Source of the DNA: Mesotaenium endlicherianum | Taxonomy: Eukaryota | Direction: 5' to 3' | Assembly: GCA_009602735.1 (NCBI GenBank) | Contig: WELA01001035.1 | Coordinates: forward strand, 13,498-77,497 | Length of the DNA: 64,000 nucleotides | Shown: in pieces, positions 33,165-45,677 of the stretch | How the letters are laid out: each line of letters begins with the position of its first letter | How positions within the stretch are numbered: position 1 is the stretch's first letter | The notes under the pieces: generated by a model | What the model was told of the DNA's origin: nothing | Databases searched by the model: none | The model's input: only the letters and a program-made list of their open reading frames with translations | Position numbers and translations under genes: made by a program

Positions 33165-33728
33165 CGGAGTGTAGTGAAACAGATAGATGAAGTACTTAGT
33201 AAAATAGAATACTTTATCTATTCAAGACAAGTATCTTTGAACACAAGTGGTAGCTTCTTGAAAGAGAGATGACTTCTTGAAAGTTAATGTGTTTCTGGAA
33301 TTTGGCACGTACAAGAGTGATTCTGGAATGTCTTTCTATGTTCTAGCTCTTGTTTATATACTTGCTACATAAGTGATTTCTAGGAAGGTGTATGTTGATG
33401 TGTTGGCACCCAACACATCCCAAAACTTGCCACCTCTTCTAGAATAATGTACACANCTAGAATAATGTACACATGTCTTTTTGACCTAAAAATGGCACAT
33501 TTGACTTTTGCCACGAGAAGTTCTTCTAGGTCTTTCCTCTAACTTCGAAAATGCCTTAGAAAGTTCAGGGGACATGAACCAAGTCACTAGAGTCCCTATT
33601 CACACCTGAATTCACACAATACTACTCCAAATATATATGATAACATTTAAATATGTGCAAACTAATATATAATAACTCAAATCACTACATCACCCCCCCG
33701 ACAGAAAAAGCGACGTCTCGGCGCGTCA

Positions 33729-33851
33729 AGTCAGGTCTTACACATGTGGAGCAAACTAGTCAACAGCTTCAAGTCAGATGCCACACATGTGAAGAAGACT
33801 AGTCAAAGGCGCCAAGTCAGGTGCTACACATGTAAGGTAGACTAGGCAAGG
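33729..33851. repeat. Three degenerate ~43-bp tandem repeats in the 3' UTR of C
   Basis: AAGTCAG...ACACATGT...ACTAG unit repeated three times. Confidence 0.7.
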
Positions 33852-34458
33852 TTGTGGGTGGTGTGACCTTATTGGCTAGCCTACTCCTTGATGATGAAGA
33901 AAATTGTACAAGTTGGCCCAGAATCTGCCACAAATTCAGAAATTCATAGCGTCCACAAAACTGCTCCAAATCTAAAAATTCGAGTGCCAAACGGATCGCG
34001 TCAAAGAACTCTACCGGGTCACCAGATTTAAGAGCATTCTAATTTCTGGAGTGTCGTTGAGAGCTGAGAGAGTAGGCACTCCTCCAAATCTGTGCAAAAA
34101 CTTCTGAAAATCATAAGTCCTTCTATACTTCTCCAAATTTTGCAAAATAAGTCTCAAACTGGGCGTTGTAAGATGTTCTACCAGAGCCTTGAGTTTCAAA
34201 GCATTCTAAGTTCAGGGGAGGGCATAATGTCAGAAGGCATATTCTGCCCTAACAATGCCAGCAGCTTGACCCCCTTCTACTTATAGCATCATATCTCTCT
34301 CACCGATGCTCCAAATTGAGCAAACTTGGACTCTAAATGACCAACTACTCATGGAATACAGCTAGGTAAATTTTCAGAATTTATTATGCAGAGACCTATC
34401 ACCAGTAGCAGTTTTAGTTTTCTGTCCAGAAACTGCGAGAAGAGAAGAGTGTCTAATG

Positions 34459-37340
34459 TCAATTTTTCCTCTTTCTTGTTCTTGCAGGCTGCCTCCAAGG
34501 GGTCTTCTGCTGCTTCTTGATGGTGGCAGGCTGCCTCCCTGAAGTCTTCGGGCTTCTAGTAGAGAGACTTGGGGCTGGTCCAAGATGGGGGTTGGCGGCA
34601 TGGAAGCGCTTCAACTTTCTCTGAACTTTGTCAAGGTAGTGCGCCGCCACCCAACTATTCTCCGAATCTGGATATCCTTTCCACTTGATCAAGTATTGCT
34701 GCTGTCTCCTGAAATTTCTCATAGCCACTATGTCTTCCACTTCGTACTCCAAATGATCATCCAGTATTGTTGGGGCTGGTGGGGTTGTCACACGTCCTGG
34801 GAACTTGTTGTCGGGTTGCACATATGGCTTGAAGAGGGAAGCGTGGAATACGGGGTCGATGTGCATAGTCTGGGGAAATTCTAGCTTGAAAGCAACGGGG
34901 TTGACATGCTGGATGATCTTGAAGGGTCCCAAATACTTGGGAGAGAACTTGCTGCCGGCAGGCCTATTGGTTAGAGAAATATTCTTGGACGATAGTAACA
35001 CGTTGTCACCCACTCTGTACGTAATTTCTCTTCTGGACCTGATTGCGACTCTTGCTTGAGCATCTTGCGCCTGTTGTAGAGCTTTCTTCGCTGCTGTAAG
35101 GGCTGCTTCTAATGTCTCCATAAAATCTGTGGCTGCAGGTACTTCATCATGGCCAGCCGTGAAGCTCAGNNNNNNNNNNNNNNNNNNNNNNNNNNNNNNN
35201 NNNNNNNNNNNNNNNNNNNNNNNNNNNNNNNNNATTGTAGGCAAACTCCANAACTCGAGGGGGGTCAAGTACATGTCCCAGTCTTGCTCCACAATAGACA
35301 CGTAGGCCCTTAGAGAGGTCTTGAGGGTACGATTCATACGCTCGGTTTGCCCATCTGATTGCGGGTGGTAGGCAGTGGACATATCCAGCGATGTACCCAA
35401 GTTCTTGAAGAGATTTTTCCAGAAATGGCTTGTGAATCTTGGGTCTCTATCTGACACAATTCTTGATGGTAGTCCATGGAGTCGGAAGATGTTGTCAAAG
35501 ATGAGTCTTGCAAGTTGTGGTGCTGTAGCCTTAGTCGTCGTGGGAATAAAATGAGCCATCTTGGTAAGTCTGTCCACCACCGTGAGTATTGCATTATGGC
35601 CTCGAGGTGTCACGGGCAAGTCCACGATAAGGTCCATTGAGATGTCCGTCCATTGTCTTTCGGGGATTGGTAGTGGTTGGAGGAGTCCTCCCGACTTTTG
35701 CGATGATGGCTTGATTCTTTGGCATGTGTCACAGCTCCTGCAGTACTCCTTGACTTGCTTAGACATGCCTGGCCAGCAATAAGTCCTNTCTAGAACGCCC
35801 GTGGTCCATAGGATTCCGAAGTGTCCTCCAAGAGGGTTGTCGTGTGCTTCTTGTAGAAGCAAGAGCCGGAGGTCTATGTCATTAGGAACACATCTCTGGA
35901 CCGTATCTTGCCTCACCCAATAATTGCCTTCTTGCTTCTTGCATGGGTCCAAGGCTGCTTCTCCGTTCTTGTAGTAAGGGTCTCTTTTATAGGCGGCTGA
36001 AAATCGAGCTTCCAGTTCTGTCTTCAGGGATGTCATCACTGCGTCTAATTCCAGTCTTGAGAGGGGGTCAGCCGGGTTTGTCTTGCCGGGCTGGTACTGA
36101 ATTGTGATGTTGTATTGTTGCAAGTATCCGCTCCATCTTGCTTGTCTCCTTGAGAGATACGGCTGCGTTNCCTTGAGAGATATGGCTGCGTCTGGAGGTG
36201 CTTCAACGCTTCGTGGTCCGTAGTGACCAGCACCTTGCGTCCTTCAACGTAGCAGCGCCGAACCTTCAAGGCATGTACGATCGCCAATGCCTCTCGTTCC
36301 GTGGTTGTATAATTTTGCTCGGCTGGATTGAGCTTCCTTGACTCGTAGGCAATGGGCTGCAGTCCCTTGACGTGGTCTTGAAGCAGGATTGCTCCTATTG
36401 CATAGGAAGATGCATCAGTGATGACGTGAAAGGGCCAATCTGGGTTTGGACTTGGGAGTGTGAGCACTGGGGATGTCGTCAATCTTTGTTTCAATTGTTG
36501 AAAGCTTCCTCCTCTTTCTCGGTCCAAACATATGGCTTGTCCTTCTTGAGTAGATCCGTGAGAGGGGCTGCTATGTGCGAGAAGCTCTGGATGAATCTCC
36601 TGTACCAATTGGCAAATCCCAAGAATGATTGGAGTTCTTTCTCGGTCGTGGGGGTTGGCCATTCCTCCACCACCGTGGTCTTCTTGGGGTCCATCTTGGC
36701 GCCATCAGCAATCACGTGGAGACCTAGGAACTCCACTTCTTGTTTGGCAAACTCGCACTTTGATTCCTTTGCAAATAGCTTCGAGGACTTCTTTCAAGTG
36801 TCTCGCATGCTCTTCAAGGGTCTTGCTGTAGATAAGGATGTCATCAATGAATACCACCACAAATCTGTCCAACATGGGCTGAAATATGGTGTTCATCACA
36901 GTCATGAAAGTTACTGGCGCGTTGGTGAGTCCAAATGGCAGGACCATGAACTCAAAATGTCCATATCTTGTCCTGAACGCCGTTTTCTCTATGTCTGGTT
37001 CTGCGATGCGAATTTGGTGGTCGTCGCTTCTCAAGTCCACCTTTGTGAAGTACTTAGCTCCAACCAACCGGTCCATGAGCTCATCCATGCGCGGCAGCGG
37101 GTATCGATTCTTGATGGTGATCTTGTTGAGGGCGCGATAGTCCACACACATCCTCAAGGTACCATCTTTCTTCTTGACAAATAGCACCGGGGCTCCAAAT
37201 GGCGACTTGCTAGGTGGAATGAAGCCATGCTCCAGTAGCTCCTTGATTTGCTTCTTGACTTCGTCTAGCTCCGTGTATGACATTTTGAACGTAGGCCGAG
37301 AGATGGGCTTGCTTCCGGGCTCCAACTCTATCTTGTGGTC
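34459..37340 (-). pseudogene. pol: pol of C (RT, RNase H, integrase, chromodomain)
   Basis: [28 protein letters not shown]...CDTC, SDRDPRF, GPF, EYEVEDIV...YLIKWKGY. Confidence 0.92.
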
Positions 37341-37341
37341 N

Positions 37342-40300
37342 GGATGTCCTTCATTCGGGTCAACGTATGGCCGTAGACAACTGACATGGAACTGGTCAAG
37401 AGTACGCCAGCCTGAAGGAAGTTCCAACTTGTAGGCCACTGGATTCACCTGCTTGAGCACTACAAAGGGACCTGTAAACCGTGCCCGCAGTTTCCTCTTG
37501 CCTGTGAAAGGTAGGTTCTCTGTGGACAAGAGTACTTTGTCGCCCACATGGAATGTCACTTCCCTCCTGTGCTTGTTAGCATGCTTGACCTGCTCTTCCT
37601 GTGCCTTCCAAATACACGTCTTTGCCATGTGCCAAGTGTTGGCCATCTGCTCCATAAAAATTTGTGTAGTAGGAACTTGAGTCTCCTTGGCCTTCTCCAA
37701 CAAGATGTTCCCTGGATGATATACTTCTTGCCCATAAACCATAGCGAATGGTGACTGCTTGGTGGATCCCTGCATGCTGTTGTTGTAGGCAAACTCCAAC
37801 CCTGGCAGCTTCTTGTCCCACTCTGAAGGGTCCTCCATAGTGAAACTCCTGAGCACCTCTTGCAGAATTCTGTTGAGCCTCTCACTTTGCCCATCTGTCT
37901 GAGGGTGATAGGAAGTGCTCATACTCAGCTTGGTCCCCATCAAAGTAAACAATGACCGCCAAAAGTTGCTAATGAACCTTGGATCCCGATCTGAAACGAT
38001 CACCTTCGGCAACCCATGTAGCTTGAAAATATGATCAAAGAATAGCCGTGCCACATCCGCTGCCGTAGAAGTCTCCTTCATGGGAATGAAGTGAGCCATC
38101 TTGCTGAGTCTGTCAGACACAACCCATACTGCATCGTGCCCTTGACCACTGACTGGTAACGATGTGATGAAGTCCATAGCAATCTGCTCTCAGGGATACT
38201 CTGGAATAGGCAGGGGCTGCAATGTACCTCCCTTCTTTTGATTTGGTGTCTTGTTTCTCTGGCACGCATCGCAACTCCTGATCCACTCCTCGATGTCTTT
38301 GTCCATATTTCTCCAGTAGTATTCCCGCTTCAGCATGCTTGCCGTCTTCTCGTTTCCAAAGTGTCCAGCATATAAGCAGTCATGATGCTCCGCAAGCAGT
38401 AAGTCTCGTAGCTCCTTGATGTCAGGTACCACCACTCTCTNCGCTCTGTTGGAATCACCATAATACCACATGCTGTCCTTCTTCTGCATACTCGCGTTGA
38501 ACTCCGCTGCTCCACCATCAACAAACTGTGGGTCCTCCTCATAACCTCTGTGAAGCTTCTCCTTGAAGTCCATATTCTCCTTGATGACTGAGACAGCTGC
38601 AAGGTCACACCTCCTGGATAAAGCGTCTGCAGGGTTGATCTTCCCAGGTAAGTACTCAATCTTGTGGTCGAACTGTTGCAGAAACTCCATCCACCTTGTC
38701 TGTCTTGGTGTCAACGTTGGTTGCGTCATAAACTTCTCCAAGCTCTTGTGGTCGGTCTTGATAAACACCTTCCGGCCGTCCACATAACATTGCCAAATCC
38801 TCAAAGCCTGGATAATAGCCAACATCTCTCGCTCGTGTCCTGCATAGTTCTGCTCCGCAGGACTCAACTTTCTGCTCTCATATGCCACCGGCTGCAATCC
38901 TTTGCCCTGGTCCTGGAGAAGAATGGCTCCCACTGCAAAGTTTGACGCGTCTGTGATGATGGTGAAAGGAAGCTCTGGATTTGCAATTGCCAACAAAGGT
39001 GCCTGTGTCAACAGCTCCTTAATCTTCTCAAATGCTTGCTGCTCCTTGTCACCCCATAGCCACTTCTCCTGCTTCTTCAACATGTCCGTGAGCGGTGCAC
39101 ACACCTTGGCAAATCCTTCAATGAAACGTCGGTAATAATTCGCCATGCCGAGGAAACTCCTAAGTTGATGAATATCAGCAGGCACCGGCCAATCTCTGAC
39201 TGCTTGCACCTTCTTCTGCTCCACCTTGACTCCTTCAGCTCCCACTAAATGTCCAAGAAATTCGACTTCATTGAGACAGAAGTCGCACTTGCTCATCTTC
39301 CCATACAGCTTCTGATCTCTCAAGATCTCCAACACCTTCCTCAGATGCTCCACATGCTCTTCCAAGGTCTTCGAATAGATGAGGATGTCGTCCAAAAATA
39401 TCACCACAAACTGGTCCAAGTAGGGTCTGAAGATACTATTCATGAGTCCCATGAATGTAGCAGGTGCATTAGTCAATCCAAAAGGCATGACTGTGAACTC
39501 AAACAAACCATAGCGAGTTTTGAAAGCAGTCTTCTGAACGTCTCCTTCCGCAATCCGTACCTGGTGATAGCCACTCCTCAAATCGATCTTCGAGAATTAC
39601 TTCGCCCCGACAAGCCTGTCAATCAACCCGTCCACTCGTGGAAGTGGGTACCTGTTCTTGATGGTGACCTTGTTGAGTGCCCGGTAGTCGACACACATCC
39701 TCATAGTCCCATCCTTCTTCTTCACAAATAAGACTGGCGCTGCAAATGGAGACTCGCTGGGTCGGATGAATCCCTTCTCCAACAACTCTGTCAGTTGCTT
39801 CTTCAACTCATCCAACTCCGTAAACGATTGTCGATAGGCGAGTCTCACTGGTGGCTTGCTCCCTGGTTCCAACTCGATCTTGTGCTCCATAGCTCTCTGT
39901 GGAGGTAATCCTGTAGGTAGCTCCTCAAGAAATACGTTCTTGAACTCCTCCAACAGCGCCTTAATTTGGGCAGGCATCTCAGCAGGCTTCTTCTCTTGAG
40001 CAGTTGGGCTCTGCTCCTTCTGAGCAAGGGGATCAGACACCACTACTTGCTCCTCCGGCGATGTACATTCGCCCAGGCTGTTAGGATTCACGCTTGCTCC
40101 ATCTGATGACCTGGCCAGGGCCACCGAAACAAGGTACATCTCCTTCACCTGATTCGCCCTGCATAGCTTCTTAACTTGCAGGCTCGACAGAAGACAGTTA
40201 CTTGTGGTCGTATCTACCTCCACCTGTTTCGCTGTCTCCATTCGACCATCACGCCCTTGGACTTTCACTTGTCCTGTGCTCCAGTGCACTTGAGGGTTGG

Positions 40301-42533
40301 CTTTCCTTAGCCATGGTCGNCGCTTTCCTCAGCCATGGTCGGCCCAATATCACCTCATGGTGACCCAACTCTGCCTGCTCCATAACTTCCTTACTTCGGT
40401 GCCCCGCTACTTCCACGTGAATAGCTTCCGTAGGTGCACCACACTTGAGTCTCTGCCCATTTGCCAAAATTGCCTCCTTAGGCTCATAATGCTTCTGCAC
40501 AGGGATTCGCCACTTTTTCACCAGCTTCTTGTGCACAAAATTTGCACTTGCGCCACTGTCGACAATACACTTCGCATTATTGCCGTCGACCACTCCTTCC
40601 ACGATGATAGGCTCGTCAACGTCTCGTCCTTTGCTTCTCGGCAGGCTCCTGGGGATAACCTCCTTGTGAGTTCTTGTCTTCACGCTAGTAGACACCCCAA
40701 AACGACTTACTGGCGTCCTCCTTTTTCCTGCTGTTGAGGTTGCTTCGCCTTCACATGACAGTCTCGAGCCAGATGTCCAAGCTTGCCGCAACTATAGCAG
40801 GGTCCTCTCGGCTTGAAATTCTGCTGCCTGCGCTGGTACTGCACAAGTCCCAACTCCATGGGTACTGGACCTTGAACACTCGTGCTTGGCGCTTGAGATC
40901 CAAAGTGTCGATATCCTCCAAAGTTGTGGCTGCCCCACTGCCTCTGACTATACTCCACAGCGTCGACCCTTGTTGCCAATGCCATCATTTCCCCAAGACT
41001 GGTAGGGTCCTTGAGCGCCACTTCCTTGGCCACAGTTGGCTTNNNNNNNNNNNNNNNNNNNNNNNNNNNNNNNNNNNNNNNNTGTGCATGGANCTCGTGC
41101 ATGGATGGGCATTGAAGCACCAGCTCGTTGAAGCGCGAAACATAATCCTGAACGCTTCCTCGCTGACGAAGGCGCACCAATAGATCTCGAGCGGTAGCCT
41201 CGGGTGCAATAGGTTGAGATTGCCTCTTCAAGCCTTCAAATAGCTGATCAACAGTAGCAGGAACTCCAGACAGCTGCTCTTCTCGTTCATACCAAGCTCT
41301 AGCACTCTTCTGCAGCAAGGTTATGACAAAGGCGACTTGCCTGTCGAGCGTAAGCGCAGAATACTCCATAAACTTCTTCACTCCAAAAATCCACTGATGA
41401 ACAGGCGGCGATCCACGCTCTCCAGTATAAACTTCAGGCTTAGGCGCACGCACTCCTGATGCGGGTGGAATAACTGGTTGCACCACTGGGTTAACATGAA
41501 TTGGTGGTACAACGGGTGCAGGTGCCGAACTCGTCGAACGGCGTCCCCATAACAATTCGCACCATTCTCTCCACCTCCGCGCGCATATTTTGTTGAAATT
41601 GGGTGTAGATTTCTCCTCCAATTGCATTTGCCATTTGCCTTAGCATCGCCTGCATTTCTTGTTGCTCTGTAGTCATCGTTGGTGCTGCCTGTTGCCCCAC
41701 GCGCTCAACATGCTCGACATGTTCGCCTCCTCCAGCTGCCGACTGCGCCATAATATAATATGCAAACTAGCCCAGCTCCAATACCAGATGAAAGGGGCAA
41801 AGTGCCCTAGTGGAAGCGTAGTGACTCACGAGGAAAGGAACTAGTTGCCATCATACTAGAGAGTGCAGCGGCATATCACTAACAAAGCTTAGGAAAAATA
41901 CTCAACATTTTGAGTAGCAAGAAATTGCTCACAAATGATGTAGGATGAAAGGCCTTGTCATTACAAGCCCGTCGAAATTTACAGAAGTGAAAACTCCCCA
42001 AGAAACAAAGAAGTTATGCCTATTTATAATTTTCTGCCTAAGTGCTCCTCCCTAGGAGGAAGCTACGGATTTTCCTAAGTGTTCGTCAAATCGTCCCTTC
42101 CAGAATATTCGTGAGTAAGCCAGATCAGTCTAATCTGACGTGTCGGGCCAAATTGACGTCCACATACATGCATCGACATTACTAGAATATTCTATCTTAG
42201 ACGCGCTAGGCTAAACCGAAACTTCTAGGTAAATCGACCTAGTCGGCACTCCGCGTCAGCCGAACTTACGTGAAGGTTCGAGTTCATTCTAACGGGCCAG
42301 ATCGCTCGACGCTGTCGGTCAATCCGACGGTCGCGCTCACCGCGACTTAAGGACAGTCGTCAACCGACCTCAAAACTAATTAAAGTTCGGAAATCCATAA
42401 CTCTCTCAATACTTGACCAAATTCGATGAACTTTATATCAAAATGACCACAAAAATGCACTGAACACTACTATACAATCAAAACATACTTTCATGAAACT
42501 CAAAAATGCACTTTATAAACCTATGACCTTACA
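37342..42533 (-). mobile_element. Family B copy 2 (3' end lost at the N junction 37341)
   Basis: 5' LTR 41789-42533, PBS 41774-41786, gag 40707-41751, pol 37342-40730 (FLDD). Highly similar to B1. Confidence 0.92.
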
Positions 42534-42786
42534 GTGGTGGGGTCAACTTTGCTATAGCGGCTGCCACGGGATTTGACGGTGCTCCTCCTTGTGGTGCTTC
42601 TTGCTGTTGCAGATTTTCTTGAGTTGGCTCTCCCATCGGCGCTGGAGGAGGGTGTGCTCCTCCTTGTGGTGCTTCTTGTTGTTGCAGATTTTCTTGAGTG
42701 GGCTCTCTTATCGGCGCTGGAGGAGGGTGTCTTGGAGAGGAAGGGCTTCCTTCGAAAGCTTGCTGTTGGTCTTGAGGATCGGCCAT
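42534..42786 (-). pseudogene. gag: N-terminus of family C gag with a duplicated PPPAPxxEPTQENLQQQEAPQGGA repeat
   Basis: ATG just downstream of the PBS; truncated by the B2 insertion. Confidence 0.7.
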
Positions 42787-43330
42787 CTTCTTGTGCTACC
42801 AAAGTGCCTAGCTCCGATACCACTGTAGTGAATCAGATAGATGAAGTACTTAATAAAATAGAATACTTTATCTATTCAAGACAAGGATCTTTGAACACAA
42901 GTGGTAGCTTCTTGAAAGAGAGATGGCTTCTTGAAAGTTAATATATTTCTGGAATTTGGCACGTACAAGAGTGATTCTGGAATGTCTTTCTATGTTCTAG
43001 CTCTTGTTTATATACTTGCTCCATAAGTAATTTCTAGGAAGGTGTATGTTGATGTGTTAGCACCCAACACATCCCAAAATTTGCCACCTCTTCTAGAACA
43101 ATGTACACATGTCCTTTTGACCTAAAAATGGCACATTTGACTTTTGCCACTTGGAGTTCTTCTAGGTCTTTCCTCTAACTTCGAAAATGCCTTAGAAGGT
43201 TCAAAGGACATGAACCAAGTCACTAGAGTACCTATTCACACTTGAATCCACACAATACTACTCCAAATATACTTGAAAACATTAAGATATGTGCAAACTA
43301 ATATATAATAACTCAAATCACTACACGGAG

Positions 43331-43895
43331 GATGCGTTTGACTGTTTGTACCAGATGCTCGGTCCATTCGTCGACCCGGGGATAATTGCACCAAGTCAAG
43401 TGGTGATCTATGTAAGAGAGTGCAAGCAAGGCCCGAAAGTCAAGCTGAAACTCGGCACCCTGGTCAGTCAAGACCTCAACGCATGCACCGTAGCAAACTA
43501 GCACTCGATCTCGGAAGACTGTAGCAATGAGAGCACTTGACTTAAATGGAAGAGGAACCAGCTCCACTCATTAAAAAAGTGCTCGATTATGACGAGAACA
43601 TAGAGCTGCCGGTGACCAGGGAGGGTAGTTGGCCAGCGAGGTCGAGCGACCAACAATAGAAGAGGCCACCAAAAGGCAGAGGGTGTAGCTATAGTTCCCG
43701 AGCAGTGAAGCTAGGCTCTAGCGCGCACTCAATCGCAGACGGTGCACTGAACGACCCAACGGCGGACATTAGCATCCATGTGCATCCACCGGTATGAGGT
43801 ATGAAGCAGGCAGTAGGTACGCCGGACTCCAAAGTGACCGTGCTGCTTGTGGGTTTGTTGCACGAGGGCCTCGCGGTTTGTTGGCTTGGGCATTT
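43331..43895 (-). pseudogene. Element D: integrase zinc-finger and core fragment
   Basis: HGHFGVRR, WSLDLAGQLP, ELVPLPFKSS, VEVLTDQGAEF, LVQTVKRILR. Joins 33164 across element C. Confidence 0.8.
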
Positions 43896-45677
43896 TGAGA
43901 CTGTTTTAGTGGAAAAAGTAGATTTCCCCCCTAGAGCGAAGAAGCAGCGGAGAAGTGGTACTTCTCCGCTCTTTGGTCCCTTCGGACGGACCCCCCGCTC
44001 CAAAAAACACCAATGGAAGCCCATTCTCTGCTGCAAAGCGGATATAAGCGGAGTCAGACGCATCTACGGAAGGACTCACCAATCAAAGCACACTATTGAA
44101 TGCAATTGAAAAAGCTCCACCCAATCAGAAAACACAATTTTTAAGCAATAAATGCCAATGCAAGAGTCAAGCTCTCGCCGACGGCTCCCTTTTTTTTGGA
44201 AGCTGCCGGCTTTATTGGCTTTGTGCACACTTAATGCCACATCATGCATCCGCTTTGTGGGCGACAATAGGTGTGCATTGTACGATGACTTCTTTTAGTG
44301 AAAGCTACAATGAAGGTTGAGAGGGTTTGTCTTCGTTAGCAGATTGCGGATAGAGCATGCATGAGAGATGTCTTTGTACTACCTCCTAGTTTGTACTACA
44401 AAGGACAAACATCACACACAAAAGTTGCTTGTACTGCATAAGAAGATATGTGATGCAATGTATCTATCAGTTTTTCATCTGCACTATTGTACTCTTGCAA
44501 CTAGAAACGTGTGCAGACTGACAATCTTGGGTTGTATTAACGTCTACAGATCGCTGACCAGGCCGAATTACACCTAACTTCTTCCACTTCTTGGAAAGGA
44601 GGCCTTTAGTCACCAATGTCGTGCAAAAGAAAGTCGGGCACGTCTCAGCCATAAGTTGTTCACATCATGAGCGTCTAAGTAGGCTTTGGTGCAAATAATT
44701 AACTACAAATTGATAATGCGCAATAGCAATAAAGTACCATAATGGAAGGTTTGAAAATGAGTAGAAAGAGCCAAGTATGCTGGATTCCAAAGGTGCACCA
44801 AGGAAAAGCTAGCTCACAAGCATCTGGCATGTGATAGGTGGCCGAATCTTACCTTGACCATTGTAGGATGTATTTGATGTATTACAACGAATTATCTTCT
44901 TCTCCATATTGTCCCGAGTAATCACAAGATGTGGAATGATATGATCAGATGTAGCTATCTCGACTTCTTATTAGCCTAGACATGCGTATTGCATTTAGCT
45001 TTCAATTACCAAGCAAGGGTGTATGGGTGGGTTGGTAATCAGAGCTGCTAACCTTTGGGTAGACGTGAGCAGGACAAGTCCAGAAAAGGAGGTGGAGGAG
45101 AGTCGAAAAGTGGTTACAAACTGTATGTTCTTCCATACGCAAAGGGAGATTAACGTTAGACAAGTGGCTATGGGACACTTTGGGCAATTGCACAACCAAA
45201 TTGTTGTCCTTCAAAACCTATAATTCTTGCAGAAAGTATTTCTTAAATTGCATCCGAGCCCAGATGCGGAAAGCCTTACACAAACTTATTTCCATCGAAT
45301 CACAAGTTGTTTTGGCTCCCTACAATACGCCACATCAAGCACCACACTACTGGCTATTGAGTGAAGCATGGCTGTGCACACTGCACAAGCTAACGAGGCT
45401 TGTGTTTCACCAAAGGGCTCGCCTTTGTCAGATGATTGTACCTCTTATATCAACCAAATAGAGTCAAGCCAGTCCACAGAGGCCAGAAAGTTACCCATGA
45501 CCTCTGGCTGGGACCCACACAATCACCAAAGGCTAGTATCTTGTGGGTGTACCGGGTACACAAATAGCATCCAATAGCTATCACCTGAAGTGAAGCTCAA
45601 CACAAAAATAGCACCCTCTTTTTCACATACGTAAAATCAAATCCTTTTCTCACACGCAGAGCACCCTCGGGGCTCGC

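Larger units (their letters stand above)
33170..43325 (-). mobile_element. Chromovirus LTR retrotransposon, family C (carries nested B2)
   Basis: LTRs 33170-33689 and 42824-43325; PBS TGGTATCGGAGCT 42810-42822 (minus); PPT GGGGGGGTGA 33690-33699; perfect TSD CGGAG. Confidence 0.93.

Noticed and set aside
33729..33851. Spaced repeats resembling a CRISPR array
   Set aside because: Degenerate tandem units without unique spacers, inside a eukaryotic retrotransposon UTR; no cas genes.
36705..38177. 490-aa ORF with integrase before RT (copia-like domain order)
   Set aside because: It is a chimera of B2 integrase and C RT fused at the N at 37341, i.e. an assembly junction.
33440..40335. Short direct duplications flanking single Ns (33456, 36170, 40320)
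   Set aside because: Typical of overlapping contig ends joined by scaffolding, not biology.
43900..45670. Short ORFs between the TE nest and the host gene
   Set aside because: No recognisable motifs, termini or internal homology; cannot be supported.
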